Below, in pieces: positions 27,567-40,750 of a stretch of 64,000 nucleotides of DNA. The position numbers were made by a program, and so were the translations under genes. This DNA is from Negaprion brevirostris (lineage: Eukaryota): contig JARDVH010000031.1 of the NCBI GenBank assembly GCA_030324005.1, forward strand, positions 35,112,583-35,176,582. The letters run 5' to 3'. The stretch's first letter is position 1. The number at the start of each line of letters is the position of its first letter. The notes under the pieces are model-generated. The model did no database searches. It worked only from the letters and a program-made list of their open reading frames with translations, and was not told where the DNA came from.

Positions 27567-28690
27567 TAGAGTCATAGAGGTTGACAGCGTGGAAACAGGC
27601 CCTTTGGCCCAACTTGTTCTTGTGGTCCTTTTTTTTCTAAAACCCCTAAACTAATCCCAATAACCCACAATTGGCCCATATCCCCTCTATACGCATCGTC
27701 CCCATATGACTATCTAAAGGCTTTTTAAAATATAAAATTGTACCCAACTCTGCTACTACCTCTGACAGCTTGTCCTAGACACTCACCACCCTCTGAAAAA
27801 AGTGCCCCTTTGGATATTTTTATATCTCTCCCCTCTCATCTTAAACCTATGCCCTCTAGGTTTAGACTCTCCTACCTTTGGGAAAAGATGTTGACTAGCT
27901 GATCTGTGTCCCTCATTATTTTATAGACCTTTACAAGATCAGCCCTCAGCCTTCTGTGCTCCAGAGAAAAAAGTCCCAGTCTATCCAGCCCCTCCTTATA
28001 GCTCAAACCATCAAGTCCTGGTAGCATCCTAGTAAATCTTACCTGCACTCTTTTTAATTTAATAATATTCTTTATATAATAGGGTGACCAGAACTGTACA
28101 CAATATTCCAAGTGTGGCCTTACCAATGTCTTGTACAACTTCAACAAGACGTCCGAACTCCTGTATTCAGTGTTCTGACCAATGAAACCAAGCATGCTGA
28201 ATGCCTTCTTCACCACTCAGCCCACCTGTGACTCCACTGTCAAGGAGCCATAAACATGTACCCTAGATCTCTTTGTTCTGTAACTCTCCTCAATGCCTTA
28301 CCATTAACTGTAAGTCCTGTCCTCGTTCAGTCTACCAAAATGCATCACCTTGCATTTATCTAAATGAAACTCCATCTGCCATTCGTCACCCACTGGCCCA
28401 ATTGAAAAAGATCCCGTTCAATCGGAGATAACTTTCTTCATTGTCCACTATGTTACCAATCTTTGTGTCATTTCAAACTTGCTAACATGCCTCCTATATT
28501 CTCATCCAAATCATTAATATAAATGACAAATAATAGTGGACCCAGCTTTGATCCCTGAGGCACACTGCTGGTCACAGGCCTCTACAACTACTGTCTGGCT
28601 TCTGTCAAGATGCCACGGATCCCTGAGATTTAACCTTATGTAACAATCTACCATGCGGTACCTTATTAAAGATGTTGCTAAAGTTCATGT
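27567..28690 (-). mobile_element. CR1 LINE 3' ~1.1 kb
   Basis: ORF 27872-28216: [19 protein letters not shown]...LGLFSLEHRRLRADL; PQGS RT motif near 28555. Confidence 0.93.
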
Positions 28691-28744
28691 AGTTCTGGGG
28701 AGAAACTATTGCCAGTTAAGATGATTATATCATCATGCAACCTA

Positions 28745-29030
28745 TAGAATTATGGAATCTACAGTGTAGACGGAGGCCTACACCATCAACAATCCCACCA
28801 AAGTCCTATCCCCATAACCCCATGTATTTACCCTGCTAATCCCCTTGACATTAAGGGGCAATTTATCACGGCCTAACCTAACCTGCACAGGGAGGGAACC
28901 AGAGCACAGATGCAGACACAGGGTGAGCATACAAATTCCACACAGACAGTGACCTAAGACCGGAATCGAACCCAGCTCCCTGATGCTGTGAAGCAGCAGT
29001 GCTAACCACTATGCCGTCATGCCGTCCTGT
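28745..29030 (-). mobile_element. tRNA-head / CR1-tail SINE (HE1-like)
   Basis: gcagcagtgctaaccact and ggaatcgaaccc (reverse-complement A/B boxes). Confidence 0.88.
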
Positions 29031-29224
29031 CCTTGTAATTTAACTAAATGCATGTATCTATCTGGTGAATGATATTACACTATTTGTTTTTATTTGTATC
29101 TGGCTGTCTGGTGCACCCCCATTGTGCAAACCGTATTGGATTTCTTGCAGTGTATTGACAAGTCTCTGCCCAATCTATAATGCTAATGATCTGCTTTCAT
29201 ATAAATGATGGGATTTCCTACATT

Positions 29225-29276
29225 TTCTGTGGACACGCTCCACTCACTCTATAGTGAATGGAGCGTGTCCACAGAA
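29225..29276. repeat. Palindromic hairpin, 18-bp perfect stem plus 5-bp inner stem
   Basis: ttctgtggacacgctcca c tcact ctat agtga a tggagcgtgtccacagaa. Confidence 0.95.
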
Positions 29277-29498
29277 TCATCCAACCTCATTAGATGATTA
29301 ATATCTTATTAGTATCTGTGAGGAGTTTGCACATTCTCCTCGTGCCTGTGTGGGTTTCCTCCGGGTGCTCCGGTTTCCTCCCACAGTCCAAAGATGTGNN
29401 NNNNNNNNNNNNNNNNNNNNNNNNNNNNNNNNNNNNNNNNNNNNNNNNNNNNNNNNNNNNNNNNNNNNNNNNNNNNNNNNNNNNNNNNNNNNNNNNNN

Positions 29499-29910
29499 AG
29501 TGTGGCCTTACCAATGTTTTGTACAACTTCAACAAGACGTCCCAACTCCTGTATTCAATGTTCTGACCAATGAAACCAAGCATGCCGACTGCTTTCTTCA
29601 CCACTCTGTCTACCTATGATTCCACTTTCAAGGAGCTATGAGCATGTACCCCTAGATCTTTGTTCTGTGTAACTCTCCCCAGCGGCCAACCATTAACTGA
29701 GTAAGTTCTGTCCTGGTTCAATCTATCAAAATGCATCACCTCGCATTTGTCTACATTAAACTCCATCTGCCATTTGTCAGCCCACTGGCCCAATTGATCA
29801 AGATCCCATTGCAATTGGAAATAACTTTCTTCACTGTCCACTATGCAACCAATCTTAGAATCATCTGCAAACTTACTAACCATGCTCCCTATATTCTCAT
29901 CCAAATATAC
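29499..29910 (-). mobile_element. CR1 LINE ORF2 fragment
   Basis: SKFADDSKIG...WADKWQMEFNVDKCEVMHF. Confidence 0.93.
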
Positions 29911-30255
29911 ATGTAGGTTCTTCCTCTTATTGTTACCTGGAAGTAAGTGAGTAGGTGACAATAGTTTGTTGTTTCACAACATTGTTGCCAATTTAACAAA
30001 AAGCCATTCCTGTGTCTAATTGCTTACATGTAATTTGAACTTTTACAGGAGTAAACCCCGTTGAGTTATAGTTAAATTTTTATCAAACATTGATCCCGTG
30101 GCAGCTTTCAACATTGAATAAATTTGTGTCGAAGTGAATGCTGAGGGGCGTGTTTGGTCAGAAACTAAGCAAGTCTCGTGCTAGGTACTAACATATGACT
30201 ATTAATGAGATTGGCAGCATTTTGTGGCTGTAGATTAAAGGGAAGGGAACTATTA

Positions 30256-30429
30256 GGCCAGATTCTGAGTTGGAGGTGTTCAGTGATCATCTCACAGATG
30301 GTAGCTTTGTACCATTGGCTCCTCGACCAAGCACATACACCAAATGTCTGAACCTACGGCTATCCTCATACTGAGCAGGATTACTATTGCAACAGCACAT
30401 CGCATCAGTAGTATAAAACTAACCTGTCT
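30256..30429 (-). pseudogene. Decayed 28S rRNA 3'-domain fragment
   Basis: Plus strand matches the reverse complement of eukaryotic LSU rRNA as recalled: cacagatggtagctt, ccattggctcctc, ccaagcacatacaccaaatgtctgaacct, tactgagcaggattac, taaaactaacctgtct; many substitutions, no flanking rDNA. Confidence 0.88.
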
Positions 30430-31463
30430 TGGAACTACTGGAAGATGGGATGGAAAAGGTTATGAATGAGTACTTGATACCTCTTATAAATATGTTCAAT
30501 AAATGAGGAGTTTTATTTAGGGTAAATATGGTACGTGCATCTTAGCTATATAAAACTTGTATGGGAAGCTTTTTTCAGTAAATATGATTTACTTTTGTAA
30601 GATATGAGGGTTTGTTGCGCATTGAAATGTGCAAAATATAATTTAAAATGTCAGCATGGAAATTGCAGGCGATTAACCAATTAATGTGTTGACATTACAG
30701 TCCTGTAAACCTCTAAGTGCATTTTAAATTTTATTTTAAAAGATTTGATTTTGTTCCTTGTTTGGCAACAAGTGGAATACTGGTTTCTTACATAAACAGT
30801 ATTCTCCAAAACTTCCATTAGCTTAGAAGTACCATTATCTGTGAGAAAATTGTTGCAAGTATGTGGTAAAGTACATGATTAAAACCCTTGAAAAACAAAT
30901 ACCTCTTTGATTTACATGCCGTGTTTACCCTTGAAGAAAAGGCCACAGTCGAAGTTAGATGAAACATCCATGTAGGACACTTGCCCATGTTGCACAGTTA
31001 CTATTCTACAAGATTGATTGTCCATGGTATGTAGAGATTAACTTGATTCAAATAATCAGTGCAGTATTCAAAGGAAGCTTTGATTCTAGAAAAGTGTTGA
31101 AACCGCCACTTCAGTCATATTTAGAATAAACTTGGAAAACATAAACTTGAGTAGCTTTTGTCAGGAAAGAAAAATGGAATTGCCCCATTAGAAAAATAGA
31201 CCTAGTATTTTGCTGGTTGAAAATATTAGCAGTTTTTAAATACTGGTCCAACTGGGAACCTAACTTAATGTCTTGCATATAGTTGATTCTATAAAATAAA
31301 AATCTTTCACCAACGGAATTCTATTGCATTTTCTGAAAAAGATATCATGAATATCGATGCACTTGACGTGGATTCCCACCTCGATCGTATATCAATTGTG
31401 TTAGCTTTGGCATATTTATCTCTTAAGCTGTTTTAAAGATTTCATTTTTTTTCTGTTCTACAG

Positions 31464-31603
31464 TTATTGCCAAAACATTGTGCCAAGACTATCAGTCAAG
31501 CAGTAAATAAAAAGTCCAAAAAGCAGACTGGAAAGAAAGGGGAACCCGAGAGGGAGAAACCTGGAGTAGAGAGCATGAGGAAGAACAGGCTACTGGTTAC
31601 CAA
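31464..31603 (+). CDS. NCKAP1: NCKAP1 coding exon (~exon 19, 140 bp)
   Basis: ctacag| ... aa|gtgagg; [46 protein letters not shown]. Confidence 0.96.
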
Positions 31604-31948
31604 GTGAGGAGTCTTCAACTGCCACTTTTGTAATTTTTCTTTAGCAGGATTTTTCCAGGATTGACTTTTAAACAGAAATAAAGGTGTTTTCAAAGATCAT
31701 AAACTTGTGTGGAGAAATAACACTTTCAAGGTTGATTTCTTGCAGTGAACTTTGTCAATAGCTTGTTGAAATTTGTGACACTGTTAACTTAGCTAAATTA
31801 CATTTAAACAAGGAGCACGAGTAGATCATTCAGCCCCTCATTTGTATGTGTTGTGATGTTTGAGAAATATGATAAATGTGTCTTTTACTTTGATAATTAG
31901 GACATTTTTATCTGTAAACATGAGCAACGTTTTGGTTTTATTTTTCAG

Positions 31949-32080
31949 TTTGGACAAACTTCACACCGCGCTCTCGGAGCTTTGTTTCTCTATCAATTAT
32001 GTTCCTAATTTAGTTGTCTGGGAGCACACCTTTACACCACGGGAGTATTTGACTTCACATTTGGAAATCCGCTTCACTAA
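31949..32080 (+). CDS. NCKAP1: NCKAP1 coding exon (~exon 20, 132 bp)
   Basis: tttcag| ... aa|gtaaga; (N)[43 protein letters not shown](K). Confidence 0.96.
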
Positions 32081-33510
32081 GTAAGAGAGATTTTTATAAT
32101 TACGTGAAAAATTAGCNNNNNNNNNNAAGCCAGTGTTGAATTTTTGTAACTGAGAGAGCATTTGATTCAGAATTATTTAACTCCGAATAGAGGGCAAGAT
32201 GATGGAGTCTACCTGCAATGGTGAGTTGAGATCGGGCGCTGCATCAATTGCACTGACCTCATTGGCTCCTTGGTTATACAAATTGGAATTCAAATGTTTC
32301 TTCACAGGAAAGGGTCAAGAATTGGACAGAGCTTTCCAGCCATTAATAAAAACATAATTTAGAATATAGGATATTTATTAACTGGTTTTGAGGGAGAAGG
32401 AGGGTTTCCTTTAAAGAGACCATTTTATCCTTTTCCAAATGACACAGCTGATTTACTGAGTAAAATTTTGAGTCAAACAATCCAGGAGAAGTCGTAAATT
32501 AATTTCCTTGTCTATGTTAGGTTAGCTAAACTCAGCTAGTGTATAAAGCTTATTTAGTTGTTTTATGTCTCAGATTAGCAAGAGGAATATTGACCAGGCC
32601 CCTCATCCTGATTGCTAGCTAATGATCTCTGCTGACTCTTTAAGGCAGGTGAAAGGGGGTCTGCTGTATGTGGTAAGCTAGTCTACTGACAGGGCTTGTA
32701 ATGTCAGGTTTATTCATGAATAATAAACACTTGAGTGAACTCTGATATAAAATTTATAAAATGACTGATCAGTGGCTTGAAAGAGCAAGATAAACCATTG
32801 GCATATTTTTAAAAAGGAGAACAATTTTATTTTTTTTCCCATCCACCACCTTCAAAAATATGTAGTCAAGCATATCTAGGCTTTTCATTTCCAACAAATA
32901 TTAGAAAGTATTTGCATCATATTATTTGAAAAACCAAAAGAAAAATTTGAAAACTGAAATTTAGCACTTTGGCTGAATTCAAAGATACTGCAGTCAACTA
33001 AAATAACTTAGCATATTTATGGATTGCCAGATGTAAAAATTTTGGCTTGTTAAAATTATTTTTTTAAAGTTCACTGTTTTTGCTGGATCATTTTTGACTT
33101 ATGTTGGATATATTATCCCCAAGAGTTCAGGAACAGTTCCATCTGAATCATTTCTCTCACACTACATTTATTGCATTTGTACATTTGCTTTTAGTCCTTT
33201 GTTTAATAGTCAAACCTGCCTATAGTTTGATCGACCTCACAAACATCTCAGTAATAAGTCACTGAAGCCATTTGAGAAAACCTGATGGAGGAAAAACACA
33301 AAATGAAAGTAATTGCTTCATTTGCATTTAAGACTAATTTTGAAACAAGTTTCTGAAGACTAAATTGGATGTTATTAATGCACATAAAATCAAATTTTAG
33401 TTAGTAGAAGTGTCACTCTTCGCTTAGAAAACAACATTTCTGTTACTTTGGCTGAAGTAGGTGTTGAATATGAATGATTTTTAAAAGTGCATTTTTCATT
33501 TTAACTTCAG

Positions 33511-33729
33511 ATCAATTGTGGGAATGACAATGTACAATCAAGCTACTCAAGAGATTGCCAAGCCTTCTGAGCTGCTGACAAGTGTGAAAGCTTACATGAC
33601 TGTGCTTCAGTCCATTGAAAACTATGTGCAGATTGATATCACTAGAGTTTTTAACAATGTTCTTCTCCAGCAAACACAACATTTAGATAGTCATGGTGAA
33701 CCCACCATAACTAGCTTGTACACCAATTG
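33511..33729 (+). CDS. NCKAP1: NCKAP1 coding exon (~exon 21, 219 bp)
   Basis: cttcag| ... tg|gtaagc; [22 protein letters not shown]...[11 protein letters not shown](W). Confidence 0.96.
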
Positions 33730-33828
33730 GTAAGCACTGAGCTCATGTTTGTTTTTAATTGTTTGAAATGCATTTTTTGATATAATTCATGTTTGAAGAT
33801 AATCTAATCTAGCTGTACACTTACACAG

Positions 33829-33959
33829 GTATCTAGAAACTCTTCTGCGACAAGTCAGCAATGGGCACATTGCATACTTTCCAGCTATGAAAGCATTTGT
33901 GAACCTGCCTACCGAGAGTGAATTGACATTTAATGCGGAGGAATATTCAGATATCTCTG
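33829..33959 (+). CDS. NCKAP1: NCKAP1 coding exon (~exon 22, 131 bp)
   Basis: acacag| ... g|gtgaat; [43 protein letters not shown]; 99-bp upstream intron. Confidence 0.96.
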
Positions 33960-35019
33960 GTGAATATATTACAAAATATTTTAAATTATACATGCCTTCA
34001 TTTTCTGACAAGGCCATGTGTAAGTAATGCTTGTCCTCAAACAGTTTTGTTTAAGTCACCATTCTCCATGACCTTATTTTGCCTCAATGTTCCCTGTCTG
34101 TCTCCAGCTACTAAGAGCGGAAATCAGCCTGATACTGTTGCTGCCAAGATTCTGCTCCTGTGAAAGTATTATATGTATTTTCAACTGGTAAATTCAAATG
34201 AAGGGGCTTTGAGTTTTAACTCACTGTTATCTCCTTTTTCAGATTTCTCTGTATTCGCCCTTTCCTGAAAGTGGTAACTCTTTGCTGTCTACAGTTCCGT
34301 TGGTGCTTATCACTAAGTTGGCTGTATTCCTGGTGATTTTGTCATATGACACTCCCTGCTTCTAACAGCCCCACTCAAACAAATGTATTTGTGCACCCCT
34401 CCCTTCCCATCCCCACCAGCCCTGGACAAAGCTTCTAAAAGTGAGGCTAGGATAATTCTGTTGTGTTGCTCACAGCAATATCCAGGATTTTTTAAAATTC
34501 TGGTTAATTTCAAGGTAATCGTCAAGGTTTGGCAAAGATACAGATTCTCTATCTTGGCTTTCAGTTTATGCTTCCAATCAACAGAGCAGCTAGTGCTGAT
34601 TGGATGCTAAAGTCAGTGAAATGAATGGGCAGCAAGAAGCTGAACTGCTCCCTTTATTACAAATAATGGCCGCTAATTAATTGCGCAGCATCCTTTGGTT
34701 ACGTGACCTATTGAATTTAGCCCCAGCATAAATCAAATTTGCTTCATCACTGCCAAATAATTAATGGCCAATGAGGATGTATAATTTCTTGGGGTCCTGA
34801 GATAGCGGTGGTGCTTGAGAGCGAGGGGGATGGTGTGATGGGTGGGGTACATAATATTTAAGACTTTACTGTTTATTGACTATCTCACTAACATAGTAGA
34901 AATCCCAATGCTTTCAGATCTCTGATCAGTCACATATATGAAAAACATGTCTTTGAACTTGTTGTCCCACATTATTGATCATGGCAACCCTACTTGTACT
35001 CTATTTTTGATTTGAATTA

Positions 35020-35992
35020 CTATTGTTACGTGTATTAACATACAGTGAAAAGTACACTATTCAGATAAAGCATACCATTCATAGAGAAGGAAATGAGGGA
35101 GTGCAGAATGTGGTGTTACAGTCATAGCTAGGGTATAAAGAAAGATAACTCAATGCAAGATAAGTCCATTCAAAAGTCTGACAGCAGCAGAGAAGAAGCT
35201 GTTCTTGAGTCGGTTGATACATGACCTCAGACTTTTGTATCTTTTTACTGAAGGGAGAAGGTGGAAGAGAGAATGTCCAGGGTGCGTGGGTCCTTAATTA
35301 TGCTGGCTGCTTTGCCAAGGTAGTGGGAAGTGTGGACAGAGTCAATGGTTGGGAGGCTGGTTAGTGTGATGGATTGGATGACATTCATGACCTTTTCTGG
35401 TTCCTTGCGGTCTTGGGCAGAGCAGGAGCCATACCAAGCTATGATACAATCAGAAAGAATGCTTTTTATGGTGCATCTGTAAAAGTTGGTGAGAGTCGTA
35501 ACTGACATGCCAAATTTCCTTAGTCTTCNNNNNNNNNNNNNNNNNNNNNNNNNNNNNNNNNNNNNNNNNNNNNNNNNNNNNNNNNNNNNNNNNNNNNNNN
35601 NNNNNNNNNNNNNNNNNNNNNNNNNNNNNNNNNNNNNNNNNNNNNNNNNNNNNNNNNNNNNNNNNNNNNNNNNNNNNNNNNNNNNNNNNNNNNNNNNNNN
35701 NNNNNNNNNNNNNNNNNNNNNNNNNNNNNNNNNNNNNNNNNNNNNNNNNNNNNNNNNNNNNNNNNNNNNNNNNNNNNNNNNNNNNNNNNNNNNNNNNNNN
35801 NNNNNNNNNNNNNNNNNNNNNNNNNNNNNNNNNNNNNNNNNNNNNNNNNNNNNNNNNNNNNAGTATAGTAGGGGGCTGAGGACACAGCCTTGTGGAGCAC
35901 CAGTGTTGAGGATGATCGTGGAGGAGGTGTTGTTGCCTGTCCTTACTAATTGTGGTCTGTGAGTTAGGAAGTTCAGGATTCAGTCGCAGAGG
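35020..35992 (-). mobile_element. Rex1/Babar-type LINE 3' part (with N gap)
   Basis: [15 protein letters not shown] motif near 35865-35900; TLTNFYRCTIKSILSDCIIAWYGSCSAQDRK C-terminal motif. Confidence 0.85.
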
Positions 35993-36569
35993 GACTTCTC
36001 AGCCATCTAGTTCTTTTAGCTGCTTCAATTTATTTTGCAGCCAAATATGATTTTTTTTTTTAAAAAAATAGTGTAGTAGTCAAGTACATTGGATGAAACA
36101 TTCTCTCCCATAAAAAAAACACTATTCAACTGACTGGAAAAGAATTCGCCCATAAACACTTTGTTCCTAAAGGATTGAGGTTTGCCAGTGTTTTCTGGCA
36201 TTTGCTTGCAACATTTTTTGAAATGGTGTCACAAGACTTAAATTTCCAGTCATGAATTTGTGTTGGTGGCGACATAATTAAGATCATGTTTATACTTTGG
36301 GTGAATAACATTCATGAAATAACATTGTGACCAGAATTGCTTTCACACCATCTCTGACATATGGTCAAAGTGGCTAACAACTGTCCAAAAATCAACAGGG
36401 TAAAGTCTTTAAATATGCAATTCTGTCTCAGCTGAGTCATAAAGTTAAGTGGTAGTAACTCTTTGGTATGCAAGGATTATTTTTAAGCTGAAAACTCCCA
36501 TAAACCAGCCTTTGGTTCATGTGCAAAACTACATTTTTATCGCTTCAGTTCCTTAAAATCATATTTAAG

Positions 36570-37008
36570 TAATCATGGAATATTGTGAGCAGTTTTGGGC
36601 CTCATACCGAAAGAAGGTTAAGCCAGCCTTGGAGGGGGTCCAGAGGAGGTTCACAAGAATGATCCCATGAGTGAAGGGTTTGTCAAAAGGGGAGTGGCTG
36701 AGGAGTCTGGATCCATACTCGAAATTTAGAAGGATGAGTCGGGGGGGCTCTAACTGAAATTCAATGCTCAGAAGCCTAGATAGTGGATGTGGTGAGGATG
36801 TTTTCTCTAGTGAGATAGACTAGAACTCATGGGCACAACCTCAGAGTGAAGAGATGCTCCTTTAAAACTGAGATAAGGAGGAATTTCTTCATGCAGAAGG
36901 TGGCGAATCTGTGGAATTCATTGCCACACAGGGCTGTGGAGGCCAGGTCATTGAGTGTCTTTTAAGACAGAGATAGATAGGTTCTTGATTAGTAAGGGAA
37001 TTGGGGTT
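36570..37008 (+). mobile_element. CR1 LINE 3' fragment
   Basis: gaatattgtgagcagttttgggc; aggaatttcttc...tggaattcattgcca. Confidence 0.85.
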
Positions 37009-38299
37009 NNNNNNNNNNNNNNNNNNNNNNNNNNNNNNNNNNNNNNNNNNNNNNNNNNNNNNNNNNNNNNNNNNNNNNNNNNNNNNNNNNNNNNNNNNNN
37101 NNNNNNNNNNNNNNNNNNNNNNNNNNNNNNNNNNTTTTAAGTTTCATCTTTTTTCAATTGCTTTGTGGAACTAAAGCCTATTTTCAACTCTGGTTAACAT
37201 GCTGTATGGGCACATATTTGTCAGATGAAATATTTTCACTGTTTGATGAAGTTAATAGCCATTCGTTTTTGGAATGAATAGCTATAAAATAGCTTTCTAA
37301 CTCGCCATGTTCTACTCCTCTGCTTCTCCTTCGAAATTCTCGTTGTCTACTGCCCCTTCCCCTCATCCTGCAGAACAAAGATAACAACCAGCTTATTTTC
37401 TCTGCCATTAACCATCTCCTAATTGCCTTCTCCAGTTTCCTTGAATTCAAGGACTATGCCACTAAGGTTGAGATCCTTTCAGATATTTCTGTTCCTTCCC
37501 CTTAAAGCTGGACCTCCTCCTTGTCTTAACCTGGAATCTGTCTGGGTTGTCTCATTTCTCTCCTCTGTCGCCTCTTGCCTTTTAGACTCTGGTACTGTCT
37601 CTACTTTTCTAAATCACTACAGTTCTCTTCCTGACTCCAATTAGTGCTGGCATTGCAAATGATTTATTATCCTCGGATGTTGTTGCTCTCCCTTCAAAAC
37701 CACAATCATCACTCATCTGAAAAGAAACACTATCAGTCCTTCTGCCCTTTGCAAACTGCTCTTCTTGCTTTTCCCCCCTCCCTCCCTCCAAATCTATGCC
37801 TATCTTTTTCATAATCCTTATTTGGAGAGTTAGCCAGGAGCGTGATGGAATGCTGTCATCTTGCTTGGATGAGTGTATTTCCAACTCCACAAGAAGCTCA
37901 ACACAATCCAGGACACAGCAGCCCACTTNNNNNNNNNNNNNNNNNNNNNNNNNNNNNNNNNNNNNNNNNNNNNNNNNNNNNNNNNNNNNNNNNNNNNNNN
38001 NNNNNNNNNNNNNNNNNNNNNCATCAACAGCATCTTCCACACCTATGACCTGTACCATTTAGACAAGGCAGCAAGGAGGTGAATGGGAACACGTACCACC
38101 TGCAAGTTTCCCTCCAAGGTGCACTGCATTCTGACTTGAAACTACATTTCTTTTAATAAAATTTATTAAGCATGCCATTTATTTATGACCCTTTCCATGT
38201 CACAATGCACAATCTATATAGTCTTGAACATTCTGACATGAACTGTTGCCTTGCTGTCTCATCCCTAGCCTTCTCCATAATTTATTAGACCACACATCA

Positions 38300-38450
38300 A
38301 ACAAGATTTGTGTTTATATAGCCTTTTTCATGATCACTGGACATGTCAAAACACTTCACAACCAATGGAATACTTTTGAAGTAGAACGCAGCAGCCAATT
38401 TATGTGCAGCAAGCTCCCACAAACAACAGTAGTACAATGATGATAAGATA
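38300..38450 (-). mobile_element. DeuSINE 3' fragment
   Basis: tttatatagcctttt...accaatggaatacttttgaagt...gcagccaattt...ctcccacaaaca (pattern recall). Confidence 0.6.
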
Positions 38451-38911
38451 ATTTGTAACAACTAATTGCCACTGTTGCTTTTTATTCCTTTTTTTGTTAC
38501 TACCAAATTTTTTCTTGTGATTTTGTTAATTCTGTTTCTCAAAAGTAAAAATATTGTTTATGGAGTTCATTCACCATCTTTCAACTCAGCAATCTGCTAT
38601 TGTTAGTAACTCAATATCTTTGTACAAAAATAGTGATGGTTCACAGATTTTCAACAAGAAAATTTCTCAACTATGTATACATTATCAAGGATGTTGTCTA
38701 AATGGATTTCAGTAAGACATTTGACAATATTCCACATGGCAAACTGTTTAGAAAAGTGCAATTTCATGGGACACAGAAAGTTGATAGGATCCAAAATTTT
38801 CTCAGTGACAGGATAAAATGGATAATGGTGGATGGATAATTTTGCAAATGGAATACATGTTCCAGTGATTTTCCATAAGTCTGTGTTGGGTCCCTTGCTG
38901 TTTGTTGTATA

Positions 38912-39365
38912 TCATAGAATCATAGACCCTGCAGTGCAGAAAGAGGCCCTTCAGCCCATCAAGTCTGCACCAAACACAATCCCACCCAGGCCCTACCCCC
39001 ATATCCCTACATATTATACNNNNNNNNNNNNNNNNNNNNNNNNNNNNNNNNNNNNNNNNNNNNNNNNNNNNNNNNNNNNNNNNNNNNNNNNNNNNNNNNN
39101 NNNNNNNNNNNNNNNNNNNTCCCACCCAGGCCCTACCCCCATATCCCTACATATATTACCCACTAATCCCTCGACACTAAGGGGCAATTTCTTAGCATGG
39201 CCGATCAACCTAACCCGCACATCTTTGGACTGTGGGAGAAACAGGAGGAAACCCACGCAGACACAAGGAGAACATGCAAACTCCACACAGACTGTGACTG
39301 AGCTGGGAATCGAACCCTGGAGCTGTGAAGCAGCAGTGCTAACCACTGTGCTACCGTGCCGCCCC
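38912..39365 (-). mobile_element. HE1-like SINE inserted into a + strand CR1 (host ~38670-39780)
   Basis: SINE head reverse complement at 39305-39365; CR1 RT frame SVLGPLLFVVY / IGKFADDTKIG is split by the insert. Confidence 0.9.
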
Positions 39366-39898
39366 ATGATTGGGAAATTTGCAGATGACACAAAAATTGG
39401 CCATGTAGTTGATGGTGAAGAAGATTGCTGCCAGCTCCAGAATACTATCTATGGTTTAGTTTAGTGGACGGAGAAGTGACAAATGGCATTCATTCTGGAA
39501 AAGTGAGAGGTAGCGCAACTGGGTTTTTTTCACCTCAGCTTTTTACAGAGGTGGTGGGGATTTGGAATTCACTGCTTAAGTTGAGGCTGAAATGTTCAAC
39601 TCATTTAAAAGGTACCTGGATGTGCATCTGAAGTGCTGTAACCTGCAAGGCTACAGACCAGCTGCTAGAAATTGGGATTAAAACAAGCAGCTAGTTTCTT
39701 ATTTCTCTTTTTTTCTGTTTGGTGAAGACATGATGATGAATGGCCTCTTTCTGCACCGTAGCTTTTATGGTTCTAAGCTTTTCCATTAAAAGTTTCAAGA
39801 TTTTAGATGGTTTTTGGTGATATGGTCATGCCAATGTAATGACAGATTTATTAGTCTTGTGGCACGCAAACTGACAATTCTTGTATGTTTTCCTACAG

Positions 39899-39996
39899 AA
39901 ATGAGGGCTCTTTCAGAACTTCTGGGTCCATATGGAATGAAGTTTTTAAGTGAGAGCCTGATGTGGCACATTTCCTCACAGGTGGCAGAACTCAAG
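39899..39996 (+). CDS. NCKAP1: NCKAP1 coding exon (~exon 23, 98 bp)
   Basis: ctacag| ... aag|gtaaga; (E)[32 protein letters not shown]. Confidence 0.96.
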
Positions 39997-40249
39997 GTAA
40001 GATTGGAGTTTCATTGCAGCTATGTCTGCATGCTGGCACAGAGAATAAAACACACTTACAAAATGACGCTGTCTGTGGAATTTTAATTCCGTTACATTTT
40101 TTAGTGTGATGGGAACTTGCTGCCAGATTTGTGAAGGCTGTGTGAATGGTAATAAAACACATTAAAAAGGCTCATGCAGATGTAAAAACTCAAGTTATTA
40201 ATTTTAAAGTTTACATACTGACAACTTAGCTATAATAATTGGCAATTTT

Positions 40250-40750
40250 CACGGATAGACATTTTGCAAGTATTGATCCTATGAATTCCCAGAGAAACTC
40301 CCATAATTGATGCTTGCCAACAAATCCGAACTGATTTTCAGATGGTGTCAGAGTTAAAGATCCCAAGCATGTGAAGGTATTGGAGAAGCTGGGATTGCTG
40401 TTTTGAAGGCAGTGAAAGTTAAGGGGAGACCAAATAGAGGTATTCAGCATTGCAAGGAGCTTTGGTAAAGTGATGCAAAGCTATCGCCTTTTGTAAGCGG
40501 GTCAGTAACTAGAGACCATTGAGTTAAAGTAATTGGTGAAAGAGTTGGTGGGGAGATTAACAATTTTTAAAGATCTGGAATGAGTTGTTTAAGAGGGAGC
40601 TAGAACTTAATTCCATTGGAGCTGTCAAAGGGCAGTTTATGTATACTTAGAGAACAAATTTGAAGGGTAAAAACCTGGGCTGTGAGCCTGAATTTCAAAG
40701 AGCTGTCATAGTCAAGATGGTCAGAATGACTTGGCTGTAACATTGTGGTT
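40250..40750 (+). mobile_element. Old CR1 LINE 3' fragment
   Basis: ttggagaagctgggattg...gttaaggggagaccaaatagagg (EKLGL..RLRGD). Confidence 0.65.

Noticed and set aside
27872-28216. 114-aa open ORF as a host gene
   Set aside because: C-terminal part of CR1 ORF2 in a 5'-truncated, mutated copy.
32191-32220. Possible 30-nt poison exon with strong donor atg|gtgagt (would create TGA at the next junction)
   Set aside because: Acceptor lacks a pyrimidine tract; no conservation or transcript evidence visible.
38980-39160. Apparent direct repeats across N gaps (also at ~10626/10738, ~24444/24555, ~51745/51865)
   Set aside because: Identical sequence on both sides of fixed 100-N gaps indicates overlapping contig ends, not real tandem duplication.
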